A stretch of 64,000 nt of DNA from an uncultured archaeon (GCA_964458565.1 CAYWJO010000001.1:160001-224000), one strand, 5' to 3'. Shown: positions 28,563 through 39,596, counted from the first letter of the stretch. The notes: a model not told the origin generated them from the sequence alone. Numbers and translations are program-made.

Positions 28563-29378
28563 TCACGAAGTCACACGCTCTGATACATCGACTCCATCAT
28601 GTTCAATCATTTGGAGAAGAAGTGGAATCAATGACTCATCTATAGCAATTAGATATGCCAGTTTCTTTTTAGTATAAGTTCTAGCGCCACTATTTAGTAG
28701 TTCCCAGAGCCGGCGATAGGAATACATAAGCTTACTATATTCATTCTGAAGTATGCTGAATCCATTCTTTTCTTTGAGTGAATCCGAAATAAATTGATCT
28801 AGGTAAGGTGTATCAACAGCCAGCCCTTTTGAGATAAACGTACCCATCTGAAGATCAAAAATGGTGGGTCTCATTCCACTAACATTATCAATCTCATCAT
28901 AACTGATTACAAAGAGGGAGGTTCTCTGTTTCGTGAAGAGCGCGTCAAGTTGGTTTTTTACAACGTTCGCAATTCGTGTGTTGTTATGAACCAGGTACAA
29001 GAAATTGCCCATGATAAGTTGAGCGATAATCTGAGCAAAGGAACTGATTGCAGCTGTTTGTTTCTCACCAAAAGCACTTATGATTTCACTGAGATTTGGA
29101 AGTTCCTCGTCCTCATCTTGAGTAATATGTTCGATGTTGATAGATGCACTTTCGGCAATTTGTAAATAAGTAGGATACTCTGTACCACGAATCTTATGTT
29201 TCACATCCAGATAGACGAGAATTGCATGAAACGGTTCGCCATGAACAGAGAGAACTGTGGCAATCCCTCCTTTCGTCTTGCCTACATCTATATCAGTAGC
29301 ATCTAGTGCGATGTTCTCCTGACAAATGTTGCAGAAAACATACACTTGCTTAGCTACATTTTCGGACATTACAGTCAC
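28563..29378 (-). CDS. Hypothetical protein with N-terminal Cys/His (CxxC...H...H) domain
   Basis: 271-aa ORF; CNIC...VHGEPFHAILVYLD...IRG. Confidence 0.6.
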   Translation of the reverse strand: MTVMSENVAKQVYVFCNICQENIALDATDIDVGKTKGGIATVLSVHGEPFHAILVYLDVKHKIRGTEYPTYLQIAESASINIEHITQDEDEELPNLSEIISAFGEKQTAAISSFAQIIAQLIMGNFLYLVHNNTRIANVVKNQLDALFTKQRTSLFVISYDEIDNVSGMRPTIFDLQMGTFISKGLAVDTPYLDQFISDSLKEKNGFSILQNEYSKLMYSYRRLWELLNSGARTYTKKKLAYLIAIDESLIPLLLQMIEHDGVDVSERVTS

Positions 29379-29463
29379 TAGAGTTATTTTCAGATATTAA
29401 ACAATGTTCATATATAGTCTGGTTAGATTTTGGGTCCTATTATCTCGATTAGAAACAAATGGA

Positions 29464-29991
29464 TTAGCTCAATTTCAATTTGAACGTCTTCTCAAACTTC
29501 TCGAGTTTTGGAGCAATCACATAACGACAGTAACCTTGATTGGGATTCCGTTTGAAGTAATCCTGGTGGTATTCTTCAGCTTCATAGAATTCAGAGAAAG
29601 GTTCTATCTTAGTCACGATGGGATCCTTCCAATTCTTACTCTTATCATATTCGCCCTTAATTCTCTCAGCCACCTCTTTCTGTTGTTCGGAATGATAGAA
29701 AATAATCGAACGATATTGAGTTCCAACATCATTGCCTTGACGATTCAGAGTAGTAGGATCATGAATTTCGAAGAATACTTCAAGTATCTCTTCATAAGAA
29801 ATTATTGAAGGATTAAACTCTAACTGAATAACTTCTGCATGACCAGTTTTACCGGTTAGGACTTGTTCATATGTAGGATTCTCTAAGTTTCCTCCAGAAT
29901 AGCCCGATTTGACGGAGATTACACCTTTCAATTGTTGATACACAGCTTCTGTACACCAGAAGCATCCTGATCCGAGAGTTGCTAATTCCAT
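29464..29991 (-). CDS. msrA: Peptide methionine sulfoxide reductase A
   Basis: [34 protein letters not shown]. Confidence 0.95.
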   Translation of the reverse strand: MELATLGSGCFWCTEAVYQQLKGVISVKSGYSGGNLENPTYEQVLTGKTGHAEVIQLEFNPSIISYEEILEVFFEIHDPTTLNRQGNDVGTQYRSIIFYHSEQQKEVAERIKGEYDKSKNWKDPIVTKIEPFSEFYEAEEYHQDYFKRNPNQGYCRYVIAPKLEKFEKTFKLKLS

Positions 29992-30168
29992 GTTTTACAC
30001 TCTATTCTAACATTAATCAACTATTAGAAAGCGGAATATATGAGAGAAAATCCACCTACCTCAAATGGAGCAGTACAAGAGCGGAATCAGCAAAATTATG
30101 GTGATTGCAAGATTTTATAACGAAATTATCCTGAATTTATAATAACTATAGTTAATTTTGACATTGGT

Positions 30169-30684
30169 ATGTCGAATATAGAATCAAAGGTATGTATTAT
30201 GAGAGACTACAAGATATTTCCAAAAGTTACAGGTAGCAATCTGAATAAGACGACAATGAATATTCCCGAAGATCTTGGTGGAGAATATAACTTAGTTATT
30301 GTGGCTTTTCAGCAACGACAACAATATGACGTCAACACGTGGATTTCATTTCTTGACGCTTTGAGTAGCAATAACTCTGATTTTGAGTATTATGAACTTC
30401 CAACCATTCGAAGTATGAATAGGTTCTATCAGAGGATTATTGATGGCGGAATGCGAGCTGGAATTCCATCAATTGATACCAGAGAACATACTATCACTCT
30501 ATATATTGATAAAAAACGGTTTCAGACAGCATTAGAAATCGAAAACGAAGATGACATTCATCTGTATCTAGTAGACCGAATTGGAAAGGTGTATGGAGAG
30601 TGGGTAGGTCCATACAATGAACAAGCCGCAACTGAGCTTGCAGAAATACTTACCGAGGTTAGAATTTCTTCCAAGGATTTGTGA
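30169..30684 (+). CDS. Hypothetical thioredoxin-like/ATP10-like protein
   Basis: FP...G.NL....IP, YELP, GMRAGIP, YLVD..G pattern. Confidence 0.55.
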   Translation: MSNIESKVCIMRDYKIFPKVTGSNLNKTTMNIPEDLGGEYNLVIVAFQQRQQYDVNTWISFLDALSSNNSDFEYYELPTIRSMNRFYQRIIDGGMRAGIPSIDTREHTITLYIDKKRFQTALEIENEDDIHLYLVDRIGKVYGEWVGPYNEQAATELAEILTEVRISSKDL

Positions 30685-31294
30685 GTGCTGCTGTTATTAT
30701 TACCATTCCTAATGCAAGCACAAGGTCAACAACAAGACTCAGTCCAATTGCATCAAATGGCACTCGCATTACCTGTGAAGCTAAGGTGATTCCTAAACCG
30801 ATAACCAATATACCACTTCTTACTTCTTGAAGTCTTCCTGTTTTCCAAGTAATTACAAAGGTTGCCATTAATACTACACCCATAATTAGCATCACAGGCA
30901 TAACAGCAGTGATTATCATTCCTGAGCTAGTACCTAAAAGAGTCATGGCAATCCAGTAGACAAATACTACAGTAATTATTCGTGGATGCTGCTTCTGATA
31001 TTTTTGCAACCAGATATCTAGAATTGCTACAAACATCGGGAGTGTTATGACTCCAACCATTAGAGCCCGTAGACGAAATAAATCAAGTGATTCAACCAAG
31101 ATTTCAGTTCGATACAAAAATTGTAGTGCCATGACGGCTATAAGACCAGAGAAGGAAATTCCAAAGATAAGTGGAAGATCTGTATAAAGACGGTTTTCTT
31201 GACTATACCATTCCTTTAGAAGATAGGTAGAAAGTACACTTGTGAATAAGATAATGAGAACAGTGGGAATAGCTGTTACTAACATATACTGCAT
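30659..31294 (-). CDS. Multi-pass membrane protein
   Basis: About 7 hydrophobic segments; AGGTG-like RBS region. Confidence 0.65.
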   Translation of the reverse strand: MQYMLVTAIPTVLIILFTSVLSTYLLKEWYSQENRLYTDLPLIFGISFSGLIAVMALQFLYRTEILVESLDLFRLRALMVGVITLPMFVAILDIWLQKYQKQHPRIITVVFVYWIAMTLLGTSSGMIITAVMPVMLIMGVVLMATFVITWKTGRLQEVRSGILVIGLGITLASQVMRVPFDAIGLSLVVDLVLALGMVIITAALTNPWKKF

Positions 31295-31374
31295 TGTTTA
31301 CACCAGGTGTTATTCTCAGACAATTATGACGAATTGAAACATAAAAGCACCAATATAATCTGAAATAGTAAATT

Positions 31375-31719
31375 TCACTCAGATAGAATTTCTTCATCTG
31401 GTTCTATACAATCATCATCCGGGGATAATAATAGAATTTCTTCAGTATCTAATTCACTGTGGACTAGAACCATTGATATCCAACCCATAGGAATTATACT
31501 TGAATGAACCGGTCTCCGTGGGCCAACTATGAAATAATCATCACCAACGTAGATGATTCGTACTCCATGTGTTTCAGAAACCATTTTTTCTCTATCTTCA
31601 GAATGACCATAAGCTCCTGTGCATAGATATACATCCACAAGAGATTCTGCGTCAGCTAACTTTTGAAGCATACTCTTCCAGTTCTGCCCATATTCAAGTG
31701 CGCTTGCAACTCTTTCCAT
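31375..31719 (-). CDS. Hypothetical protein
   Basis: GGAGGT RBS before the ATG; 114-aa ORF. Confidence 0.55.
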   Translation of the reverse strand: MERVASALEYGQNWKSMLQKLADAESLVDVYLCTGAYGHSEDREKMVSETHGVRIIYVGDDYFIVGPRRPVHSSIIPMGWISMVLVHSELDTEEILLLSPDDDCIEPDEEILSE

Positions 31720-31879
31720 GTGGTAACCTCCGGGGTTTCCTCGTGATTAACTCCGATGGATGGATTTAAGGTGCATTCGATTGCGGGAAGCCTTTCACAC
31801 CCTTCCTGTATTATGGCAAACTTTGCCTGATGGTTGCTGTAGACATAGACCTTTTCTTCTTTCAAGCACTATGTAGTTT

Positions 31880-32986
31880 ATGTCGCGAGTTGGAGATGTA
31901 GTTCTTAGTGTTGATGGGCTCCGTGCATACCATTCCTCTAAGGATGGAATTGTAAAGGCGGTTGATGATATTTCGTTCTCAATACGAAAAGGTGAAGCAG
32001 TGGGTCTCCTAGGTGAATCAGGTGCAGGAAAAACATCTGTCGCTATGGCAATAATGGGTATTTTCGAGAGATTATCAAGATACTATGCTTCATCAGCAGC
32101 CAATGAGGGAAACAAGAAATTATGGAGTCTGAGAGATAATGCAAGAAAGAATGGTAAGACTTCCGAGGATTTAGGAGTAACACTACCCGGTGTTGAGGGG
32201 CATATCTGGTATGGAACTATTGATCTTCTGAGCCTTTCAGAAAAGGAGCATCGCATTTTTTGCGGTAATAGGATAACGTATGTTCCCCAAGGAACTACTC
32301 GTTCATTGAATCCGAGGTTATCAATTGAAAACCAGACACTTGAAGTTTTATGGAATCATTTCAGGGACACAGTATCTGAGAACGAAGATTTAGCTAAAAG
32401 GGTTCTAGACATGCTAGGCATCGTTGAACTAGGAGATATGGCAATCAGGAGGGATATGTTTCCATCCGACTTTAGTTCAGGAGAAGACCAGCGAGTTTTG
32501 TTGGCAATGGCACTCATATCCAGACCAGATTTGGTAATAGCCGATGAACCAACAACAGCATTAGATTTAGGGGTTCGTCACAAGATTCTCACTGCAATAA
32601 ACACTGCAAGAGAAGAGCTCGGACTATCAGTCTTAGTGATATCTAACGATGTTGGCACAATATCTGAAACATCTGATAAGATTGGAGTAATGTCCTCTGG
32701 ACGGATAATGGAGTTTGGAAAATCTTCGCGGATTCTTACAGATCCAATTCATCCATTCACACAAGCTTTCATGATGGCCAATCCTAGCATGGAGATGCTA
32801 CGAAAGATGAAAGAACGAGGTGAATTATTGAAACGTATTCCCGGGCGTCCACCAAGTCTGGTTAGTCTGCCAAAGGGATGTCCATTTAATTCCCGGTGTA
32901 CAAGGGCAGAAGCTGTATGTTTTGAAACCAATCCCGAATGGCGAGAGATTGAAACAGGGCATTGGATATTTTGTCACTTAGCGTAA
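31880..32986 (+). CDS. OppD/DppD-like ABC ATPase, stand-alone and degenerate
   Basis: GESGAGKT, IADEPTTALD, HPFT and GCPF..RC...C...CH C-terminus. Confidence 0.85.
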   Translation: MSRVGDVVLSVDGLRAYHSSKDGIVKAVDDISFSIRKGEAVGLLGESGAGKTSVAMAIMGIFERLSRYYASSAANEGNKKLWSLRDNARKNGKTSEDLGVTLPGVEGHIWYGTIDLLSLSEKEHRIFCGNRITYVPQGTTRSLNPRLSIENQTLEVLWNHFRDTVSENEDLAKRVLDMLGIVELGDMAIRRDMFPSDFSSGEDQRVLLAMALISRPDLVIADEPTTALDLGVRHKILTAINTAREELGLSVLVISNDVGTISETSDKIGVMSSGRIMEFGKSSRILTDPIHPFTQAFMMANPSMEMLRKMKERGELLKRIPGRPPSLVSLPKGCPFNSRCTRAEAVCFETNPEWREIETGHWIFCHLA

Positions 32987-33264
32987 GAGAATCGTAGACC
33001 TATACGTTTTATTCTGTAACATTGTTAAACAGTGTAATGAGAGAAAATGTTCCATCTCGGAACTAAAAATCAATGCATGTTTTCATTTTTCTACTTTAAT
33101 CATGCATTGGTTGCATATATTCGACCCTGAATCTTTTTCATCGATATTCATTTTGATGAACAAGTTGTTATACTACTATTTGTACGACAGATTGTCGTGC
33201 TATTATCAGTAGAGCATGCAGGAGGAAGAATATATCCTCCAGCAATAAAGGTGGAAAGTGAAAC

Positions 33265-34296
33265 ATGCGAATATTGAAGATGCAATCCAAATTTCTGGAT
33301 GTATTCCTTGAGAGCCTCGAGAAATTTGGGGTTCTTTATGGACCCATCAAGAAAAATAGTGTTCTAACTTATGAAAAAGTAGACCATATTAAAGACCTTG
33401 AACTCTGGGGAGAACATCCTATGATTCCACTGAAGAAGATGTTCCATCCGAAGCAGTTCGATATGTTCAGGTTCGATAAGGACGGAATAACCCCTGACTA
33501 TTCTACTATTGAAAAAAGAGTTGTCTTAGGTGTGCATCCATGTGATATTCATGGAATTCTCAGACTTGATGACTTATTTCTGGAAGAACCACAAGATCCG
33601 TACTATGCACAAGCGAGGAAAAATACTGCAATCATTGGTTTTTCATGTCTACCTACAGAGAATTCGTTTTGCAAATCCACAGATACCGATATTGTAGAAG
33701 AGGGGTTTGATCTCTTTTTTGTTAAACTCAAGGATATCTTCCTTGTTTGGGTCGGTTCGAGCATGGGATACGATATGATCTATGAGAGAGAGGAATACTT
33801 TGATGATGATGTTTCACATGAAGACATTATGGAGTATATAGAATGGAGAAACAAACGGGATGAAATGTTCAGAACAGACTTCCCATTCCGAAACATGCCA
33901 GATATCATGGAATTGAGCCATGAGAGCGAGGTCTGGAGATACTTCGCGGATAAATGCCTATCATGCGGTCAATGCACTATGGTATGTCCAACCTGCAACT
34001 GCTTCAATGTAGTAGATGTCTTCGATGTGACCAACGAAGCAGCAGGTAGGAGAACCAGAACATGGGATAGTTGCATGTTTGTTGACTATAGTCTTGTTGC
34101 TGGAGGTCATAATTTTAGAGGCGACCGCGAAGACCGTTTGAAATTGTGGTACACACACAAACTGAAGAGCTACGGAGATGAATATGGGAAACCAGGATGT
34201 ATAGGATGTGGAAGATGTGTGGATACTTGTCCTGTGGACATCAATGTACTCACGGTGTCTAAGGCTCTAATTGCGGGGGAGGTGCCAAAAGAATGA
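33265..34296 (+). CDS. hydB: Group 3b NiFe (sulf)hydrogenase beta subunit
   Basis: HPCD, CLSCGQCTMVCPTCNC, CIGCGRCVDTCP. Confidence 0.88.
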   Translation: MRILKMQSKFLDVFLESLEKFGVLYGPIKKNSVLTYEKVDHIKDLELWGEHPMIPLKKMFHPKQFDMFRFDKDGITPDYSTIEKRVVLGVHPCDIHGILRLDDLFLEEPQDPYYAQARKNTAIIGFSCLPTENSFCKSTDTDIVEEGFDLFFVKLKDIFLVWVGSSMGYDMIYEREEYFDDDVSHEDIMEYIEWRNKRDEMFRTDFPFRNMPDIMELSHESEVWRYFADKCLSCGQCTMVCPTCNCFNVVDVFDVTNEAAGRRTRTWDSCMFVDYSLVAGGHNFRGDREDRLKLWYTHKLKSYGDEYGKPGCIGCGRCVDTCPVDINVLTVSKALIAGEVPKE

Positions 34297-35144
34297 CAGT
34301 AACAGAACAGATTGACAATCCATATCTTCCTGAACCAGCTAGAATTGTACGGCACTTTGACATGATTGACGACCATCGATTCTTCTGGATTCGTCATCGG
34401 GATGAAGAACGAGCGATGTCTTTCAAGTATAAACCAGGACAGTTCATCATGCTTTCACTACCAGGAGTGGGAGAATCCCCATTCTCAATCTCATCAACCC
34501 CTAGCAGACCTGGAATTCTGGAACTTGGAATAAGAAAGACCGGAAAGCTCACTGATGTCCTTTTCCAGAAGAAAGACAATGATCTCATTTACATTCGAGG
34601 CCCATATGGAAATGGATTCCAAATTAACCAGATGAAAGGGAAGGATATATTGATTGTAGCAGGAGGGCTCGGTGTAATTCCATTACGTTCCATCCTTTAC
34701 TATGTCTTGGACAACCGAGATCAATTCGGTCGATTATACTTCATGTACGGTGCACGTAGCCCTAGTGAATTCTTGTTTGCAAATGAGTTTTTCCAGCTAA
34801 AGGACCGAGAAGACATTGAGTGCTTCTATACTGTTGATCAAGACAGTACAGGCGATTGGACAGAGTATGTCGGAGTTGTCACAAGACTCTTCGAAAACCT
34901 ACCGAAACTTGAGGCGAAAAATGTCAATGCAGTGGTGTGTGGTCCTCCAATTATGTACAAGTTTGTCATCAATGAACTACTTGAATTAAAGATACCAAAG
35001 AATCAGATTCAGATGACATTGGAGCGAAGGATGAAGTGTGGAATTGGTAAATGTGGACATTGTGTGCATGATCATATCTATACATGTATCGACGGCCCTG
35101 TGTTCAACTATTTCCAAGTCACACAGTTCAAGGAGTTGATATAA
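34293..35144 (+). CDS. hydG: Sulfhydrogenase gamma subunit (FAD/NAD(P), 2Fe-2S)
   Basis: PGQF, RGPYGNGF, AGGLG, CGPP, ERRMKCGIGKCGHC. Confidence 0.9.
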   Translation: MTVTEQIDNPYLPEPARIVRHFDMIDDHRFFWIRHRDEERAMSFKYKPGQFIMLSLPGVGESPFSISSTPSRPGILELGIRKTGKLTDVLFQKKDNDLIYIRGPYGNGFQINQMKGKDILIVAGGLGVIPLRSILYYVLDNRDQFGRLYFMYGARSPSEFLFANEFFQLKDREDIECFYTVDQDSTGDWTEYVGVVTRLFENLPKLEAKNVNAVVCGPPIMYKFVINELLELKIPKNQIQMTLERRMKCGIGKCGHCVHDHIYTCIDGPVFNYFQVTQFKELI

Positions 35145-35145
35145 A

Positions 35146-35922
35146 ATGCCACAAAAGACAGAAATCAAAAAACCACGGATAGGTGTGTATGGATTCACTG
35201 GATGTGCTGGCGATCAGCTCCTCATTATTCACACTGAAGATGAGATAGTAAATCTGTTCAACGCAGCAGATATCAAGTCCTTTGTGATGGCATCTAGCAA
35301 CCCTGAAGAAGGGCCACTCGATGTGGCATTTATAGAAGGAAGTGTGAGCACAGAAGAAAATCTCCATCACCTCAAAGAGATTAGGCAACGTGCAAAGATT
35401 CTGGTAGCCATCGGAAATTGTGCAGTAAGCGGCGGACCACAAGCAATGTACACAGAAGATGGAAAATACCAAGAGAGATTGAAGACAGTATATGGGGATA
35501 TCAAGTTTGATGTTGAACCGCTTGAGGCAACACCTATTGACAAACACGTAACTGTGGATTATTATATACCCGGTTGTTCAATTAGTCAGAAGCAGACTTT
35601 TGCCACCATCACACGTCTTCTACACGGTGCGGAACCAGAACCATATCCACATCCTGTATGTCATGAGTGTAAGTTGAACGAAAATCATTGCATATTACTG
35701 GATAAGAAATTTTGTTTGGGACCTCTGACCATGGGAGGATGCGATTCAGCATGTATCAATCATAACCGACCCTGTGTAGGATGTTGGGGGCCAAATTATG
35801 ATGCTAACTTCAAGGAGCACTTCAAGCTGTTACAGAGCTTCGGAATATCAAAAGAGGAAATAGTGCAACGCATCCGAAACTACGGAGGACAAAAGATTCT
35901 CGAATATCTAAAGGAGATGTAA
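35146..35922 (+). CDS. hydD: NiFe hydrogenase small (delta) subunit
   Basis: GCAGD, EGSV, GNCA, PGC and C-terminal Cys cluster. Confidence 0.88.
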   Translation: MPQKTEIKKPRIGVYGFTGCAGDQLLIIHTEDEIVNLFNAADIKSFVMASSNPEEGPLDVAFIEGSVSTEENLHHLKEIRQRAKILVAIGNCAVSGGPQAMYTEDGKYQERLKTVYGDIKFDVEPLEATPIDKHVTVDYYIPGCSISQKQTFATITRLLHGAEPEPYPHPVCHECKLNENHCILLDKKFCLGPLTMGGCDSACINHNRPCVGCWGPNYDANFKEHFKLLQSFGISKEEIVQRIRNYGGQKILEYLKEM

Positions 35923-35935
35923 AGAAGAGGCGATA

Positions 35936-37231
35936 ATGATGACTAAGAAAGAAACCATTCGAATTGAACCATTAGCAAGAGTTGAGGGACACGGTGGAAT
36001 AAAGGTCGAGATTGAGGATAACAAAGTGAGTAATGTTGAGATGCGGATTCTTGAAGGCCCACGTCTTTTTGAAACACTTGTCATTGGTAAGACACCCGAG
36101 GAGGACTTGAGTATTGTACCAAGAATATGTGCAATTTGCAACCTATCTCACAAATTCGCTAGTCTACGAGCGCTGGAAAAAGCTTTGGACGTTAAAATCC
36201 CAGAGGTTACCTCCCACTATCGTCATCTCATGCATCATGGAGAGATTATCGAAAGTCATAGCCTACACCTCTACTTCCTTGCCTTACCAGATTTCTTTGG
36301 GTATGATAATGCAGTGCAAATGGCGGATAAATTTGGAGAGGTAGTAACAAAGGCACTACAGCTCAAGCAATTTGGTAACAAGATTATGCGCCTTATGGGA
36401 GGCCGGATGATTCATGGAGAGAATCCTATACTCGGTGGATTTGGTAAACTGCCAGAGCGAAAGATACTCATGGAAGTGAAAAAGGAAGCCCAAGAATTAT
36501 TACCATTTGCAATTGAAACGATAGATATCATGGCAGGATTAAACGTTCCTGATCATATGGAACGTGAAACGCAGTTTCTATGCTGTAAGCCTTCACATGA
36601 TGACTACGACTATTATGGAAACGAATTTATCACATCAGATGGAAAAGTACATCCTGTTGAGAACTACAAGGATATAATTAAAGAGCGGGTTGTAAGTCAT
36701 AGCTTTGCAAAAAGAAGCTTGTACAATGGCAAACCCTTCTCAGTGGGTGCTCTTGCACGAGTTCTTCTCTTAGGAAATCGTCTTAAAGGCGAAGCTAAGA
36801 AAGCCTATGACAAACTCTACAACGAGAGATGGCACAAGAACCCCGTATACAACAATCATGCACAGGCAATTGAACAGGTATATTCTCTTGAGCACTTGAT
36901 TGAAACCATTGATTATCTTCTTGCTATGAAACCTCCCGAAGTCGCAAAACGAAATCGTAACTCGGGCACTGGGACAGGAGCTGTGGAAGCCCCCAGAGGA
37001 ACCCTCATCCATCATTATGAGATAGAAGACGGACGAACCATGGTCGCAGACTACATCACACCTACAGCAATGTTTCTGGATGATATTGAAGCTTTCATTC
37101 GTAAAAGCGCTGATGAATTACTATCCTCGAATAAGAAGGAAGGTATTGAGCTACAGTTTGAGATCATTGCACGAGCTTACGATCCCTGTATCAGCTGCAG
37201 TGCCCATCTTGTTGAAGTTGAGTTCAAGTAG
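35936..37231 (+). CDS. hydA: NiFe hydrogenase large (alpha) subunit, group 3b
   Basis: RVEGHG, RICAIC (L1), DPCISCSAH (L2). Confidence 0.93.
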   Translation: MMTKKETIRIEPLARVEGHGGIKVEIEDNKVSNVEMRILEGPRLFETLVIGKTPEEDLSIVPRICAICNLSHKFASLRALEKALDVKIPEVTSHYRHLMHHGEIIESHSLHLYFLALPDFFGYDNAVQMADKFGEVVTKALQLKQFGNKIMRLMGGRMIHGENPILGGFGKLPERKILMEVKKEAQELLPFAIETIDIMAGLNVPDHMERETQFLCCKPSHDDYDYYGNEFITSDGKVHPVENYKDIIKERVVSHSFAKRSLYNGKPFSVGALARVLLLGNRLKGEAKKAYDKLYNERWHKNPVYNNHAQAIEQVYSLEHLIETIDYLLAMKPPEVAKRNRNSGTGTGAVEAPRGTLIHHYEIEDGRTMVADYITPTAMFLDDIEAFIRKSADELLSSNKKEGIELQFEIIARAYDPCISCSAHLVEVEFK

Positions 37232-37254
37232 GGCGGTTCGCCCTACATCCTTTC
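37228..37254 (+). terminator. GC-rich hairpin after hydA
   Basis: GTAGGGCG-gtt-CGCCCTAC followed by a pyrimidine tract. Confidence 0.5.
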
Positions 37255-37303
37255 TCTGCAATAGGAAATTTAATTTATCACATAGCACATTGTTATACTG
37301 AAA

Positions 37304-37894
37304 ATGTCAATAGCGTGGCTCAATCTCATCTCACTTCATATCAGTGGATTTCTTTTCGCATTTCTCGCAATTCTGAGTACGGTGCCAGTTACACTCTCAG
37401 AAAGAAGGGGTGAACGAGCATGGAAAGAGTGTAAATGGATAAGATTTGCTTCCTTCGCGTTCGCAATGATTATGGTCTTGAACACTTTTCTCTGGGGGAT
37501 CTTCCCAGTACCCGAACTGATATGGACAACTGGATTAGAGTTCGCATCAAGACTGTTCATTGTAATAATTTTGAGCATTCCAAGTTTGTTGATTTGTGGA
37601 AAAGCTATGAATGATGCAGGGCAGGAAATGAATTATCCTTTGAAGGAAACTAAGCTTCATGGGGGAATCTATAATTATGTTAGACATCCGGGTATATGGG
37701 GTGAGATGCCTCTCTATGTTTGGGTGGCGTTCTTAGTTGACTCCCTGTTTCTGGTTATATGGATGACCATCTACATTATCGCATTCTCTGCGGTCAACAT
37801 CTACTACGAGGAGATGGACCTCGTAAAACGATTTGGCAGTGAGTATGAGGAATATCAAAAAAGAACTGGGATGTTAATTCCTAGAAGAGGTTGA
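37304..37894 (+). CDS. Isoprenylcysteine carboxyl methyltransferase/PEMT family membrane protein
   Basis: GIYNYVRHP, EEMDL..RFGSEYEEY. Confidence 0.82.
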   Translation: MSIAWLNLISLHISGFLFAFLAILSTVPVTLSERRGERAWKECKWIRFASFAFAMIMVLNTFLWGIFPVPELIWTTGLEFASRLFIVIILSIPSLLICGKAMNDAGQEMNYPLKETKLHGGIYNYVRHPGIWGEMPLYVWVAFLVDSLFLVIWMTIYIIAFSAVNIYYEEMDLVKRFGSEYEEYQKRTGMLIPRRG

Positions 37895-37913
37895 GAATGA
37901 TATCGGAATATCT

Positions 37914-38624
37914 TTACGCCTTCTTTCCAATCACAAGTCCAGACCTTGCCCATTCAGGTTTAAGATAATGGTATTCAAGACCTGCATCAGTGATTGATTC
38001 TTTAAACATCTCCTTCGAAAAGAGGAACATCCGATTTGAGTCATGGAAATATTTTATGCCATCAGGAGTGCCAATTGTGAAATGAAAATCAAGAACTAAA
38101 TACATACCTTTTTTTGATGCCTTAGCGATGCGAGATATCTTCAATTCAGGTTCATCCACTGTATCCATCGAAACGTGATTGGGAATTACATCCTCCCAGA
38201 ACAGGAATGGTTCAATTACCATAACTCCACCAGAACTTAGAGTTCTTGCAAAAGAATTCATTGTGGATGAGAGTGCACTCTGATCAGCTAGATAGCTTAT
38301 AGAACCGAATAGACATGTCATAACATCAAATTTCGGATCAAAATCCAGAGTAGTCATATCAGCTTGAATGAATGGAATTTCAGGATGTTTTTTCTGGGCA
38401 ACTTCGAGCATCTCTTGATTGAGATCACATCCAACCACATCATAATATTTCTTGAAATATGAGATATGTCCGCCAGTTCCACATGCAACATCAAGTAGTC
38501 TATTGCCTTCCGATTGTTTAAACCTCGAGATTATATCGTATAGTTTATCCACTTCGTCGGAGTAGTTTTTTTGTGAGTACACTTTATCATAGTATTTGGC
38601 TAATGTCTTGTATAAATTAATCAC
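37914..38624 (-). CDS. Class I SAM-dependent methyltransferase
   Basis: LLDVACGTG, DLNQEML, ADM; GTG start after AGGAG. Confidence 0.85.
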   Translation of the reverse strand: MINLYKTLAKYYDKVYSQKNYSDEVDKLYDIISRFKQSEGNRLLDVACGTGGHISYFKKYYDVVGCDLNQEMLEVAQKKHPEIPFIQADMTTLDFDPKFDVMTCLFGSISYLADQSALSSTMNSFARTLSSGGVMVIEPFLFWEDVIPNHVSMDTVDEPELKISRIAKASKKGMYLVLDFHFTIGTPDGIKYFHDSNRMFLFSKEMFKESITDAGLEYHYLKPEWARSGLVIGKKA

Positions 38625-38668
38625 ACTCCTTAGTGGATAATAATCTACAAATGATGGGGTATGAGGAA

Positions 38669-39571
38669 TCACATAGTTCTTTCGACAAAGCGTGGATCTT
38701 TCAGAGCTGCTTGAATCGCTGCATTAGCGGCAGTCTCTTTACTCTTAATTTCGAACATCACATCGAAATCGAGGTCTTGAGTCATTTCAAGAAAGCGCTT
38801 GAAATGTGCAATATCGATATGTTCTGCATGTTTTCCAGGTCGAGAATAAGGTTCTTGAGAACTGTAATGTACCAGTGGAATCCCATCTTTTGAATCCCAG
38901 CAAGGACTTATGGATTGTATTGCGGATTGTAATGACTCTCCATTATTATTTACAGTGTGATGCAATGTATCAAAGACTATTGGAATTTCTATCGCTTCAT
39001 GAATTCTAAGACAATCCTTCAACGTGTAGCTCTTCTCATCATTCTCGATAATAAGACGCCTAGTAATTGATTCATCTAGCTGCTGATAATTTGTAATGAA
39101 TCGCTGTAGAGAGCCAATTTTATCTCCATAAACACCACCAACATGAATCTGAATTTTTGCAGAGGGGTCTAGTTCGAAAAGATCTAGAACATCAACATGA
39201 TACTTGAGTTCACTTATGCTGTTCTGAACGATTCGTTTGGTCTTTGAATTAAGCACTGTGTACTGACCGGGATGCATTGTTAGTCGCATTCCATTAGATT
39301 TCGCAAACCTACCTAACTTTCGGAATTGCTTCTTGAAGTGATCTTGCCAATCGAATGTGCAAATAGGGTGAGATGCAAAAGGAATCAAATCAGATGTTAC
39401 TCTAAATAATAAGATATTGTGTTGAAGATTGTATTCAAGAACCCGTCCAAGACACTCAAGATTGTTATTTACCGTTTCAATTAATCGTTCCTCTGAATAG
39501 GATTTCAGGCGAAATGTACTTGAGCTTGTACATCCGACTGATTGATTGATACACGCATATCCAATTCGCAC
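38669..39571 (-). CDS. uvsE: UV DNA damage endonuclease
   Basis: MRIGYAC, FRVTSD..PFASHP, MHPGQY, ENDE, FDTLHH, HYSSQ, EIKSKE. Confidence 0.93.
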   Translation of the reverse strand: MRIGYACINQSVGCTSSSTFRLKSYSEERLIETVNNNLECLGRVLEYNLQHNILLFRVTSDLIPFASHPICTFDWQDHFKKQFRKLGRFAKSNGMRLTMHPGQYTVLNSKTKRIVQNSISELKYHVDVLDLFELDPSAKIQIHVGGVYGDKIGSLQRFITNYQQLDESITRRLIIENDEKSYTLKDCLRIHEAIEIPIVFDTLHHTVNNNGESLQSAIQSISPCWDSKDGIPLVHYSSQEPYSRPGKHAEHIDIAHFKRFLEMTQDLDFDVMFEIKSKETAANAAIQAALKDPRFVERTM

Positions 39572-39596
39572 TATAATGCCTCAGATTGAAAATTTA

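Noticed and set aside
28439-28645. 68-aa ORF MKPWESRL...
   Set aside because: Off-frame reading of the ahcY 3' remnant; it also overlaps the convergent gene.
31656-31865. 69-aa minus-strand ORF
   Set aside because: No recognisable motif or RBS; overlaps the start of the better-supported 31375-31719 gene.
1-37231. Selenocysteine recoding in Hdr or hydrogenase subunits
   Set aside because: All expected Cys ligands are encoded as Cys in uninterrupted ORFs; no in-frame TGA is needed.
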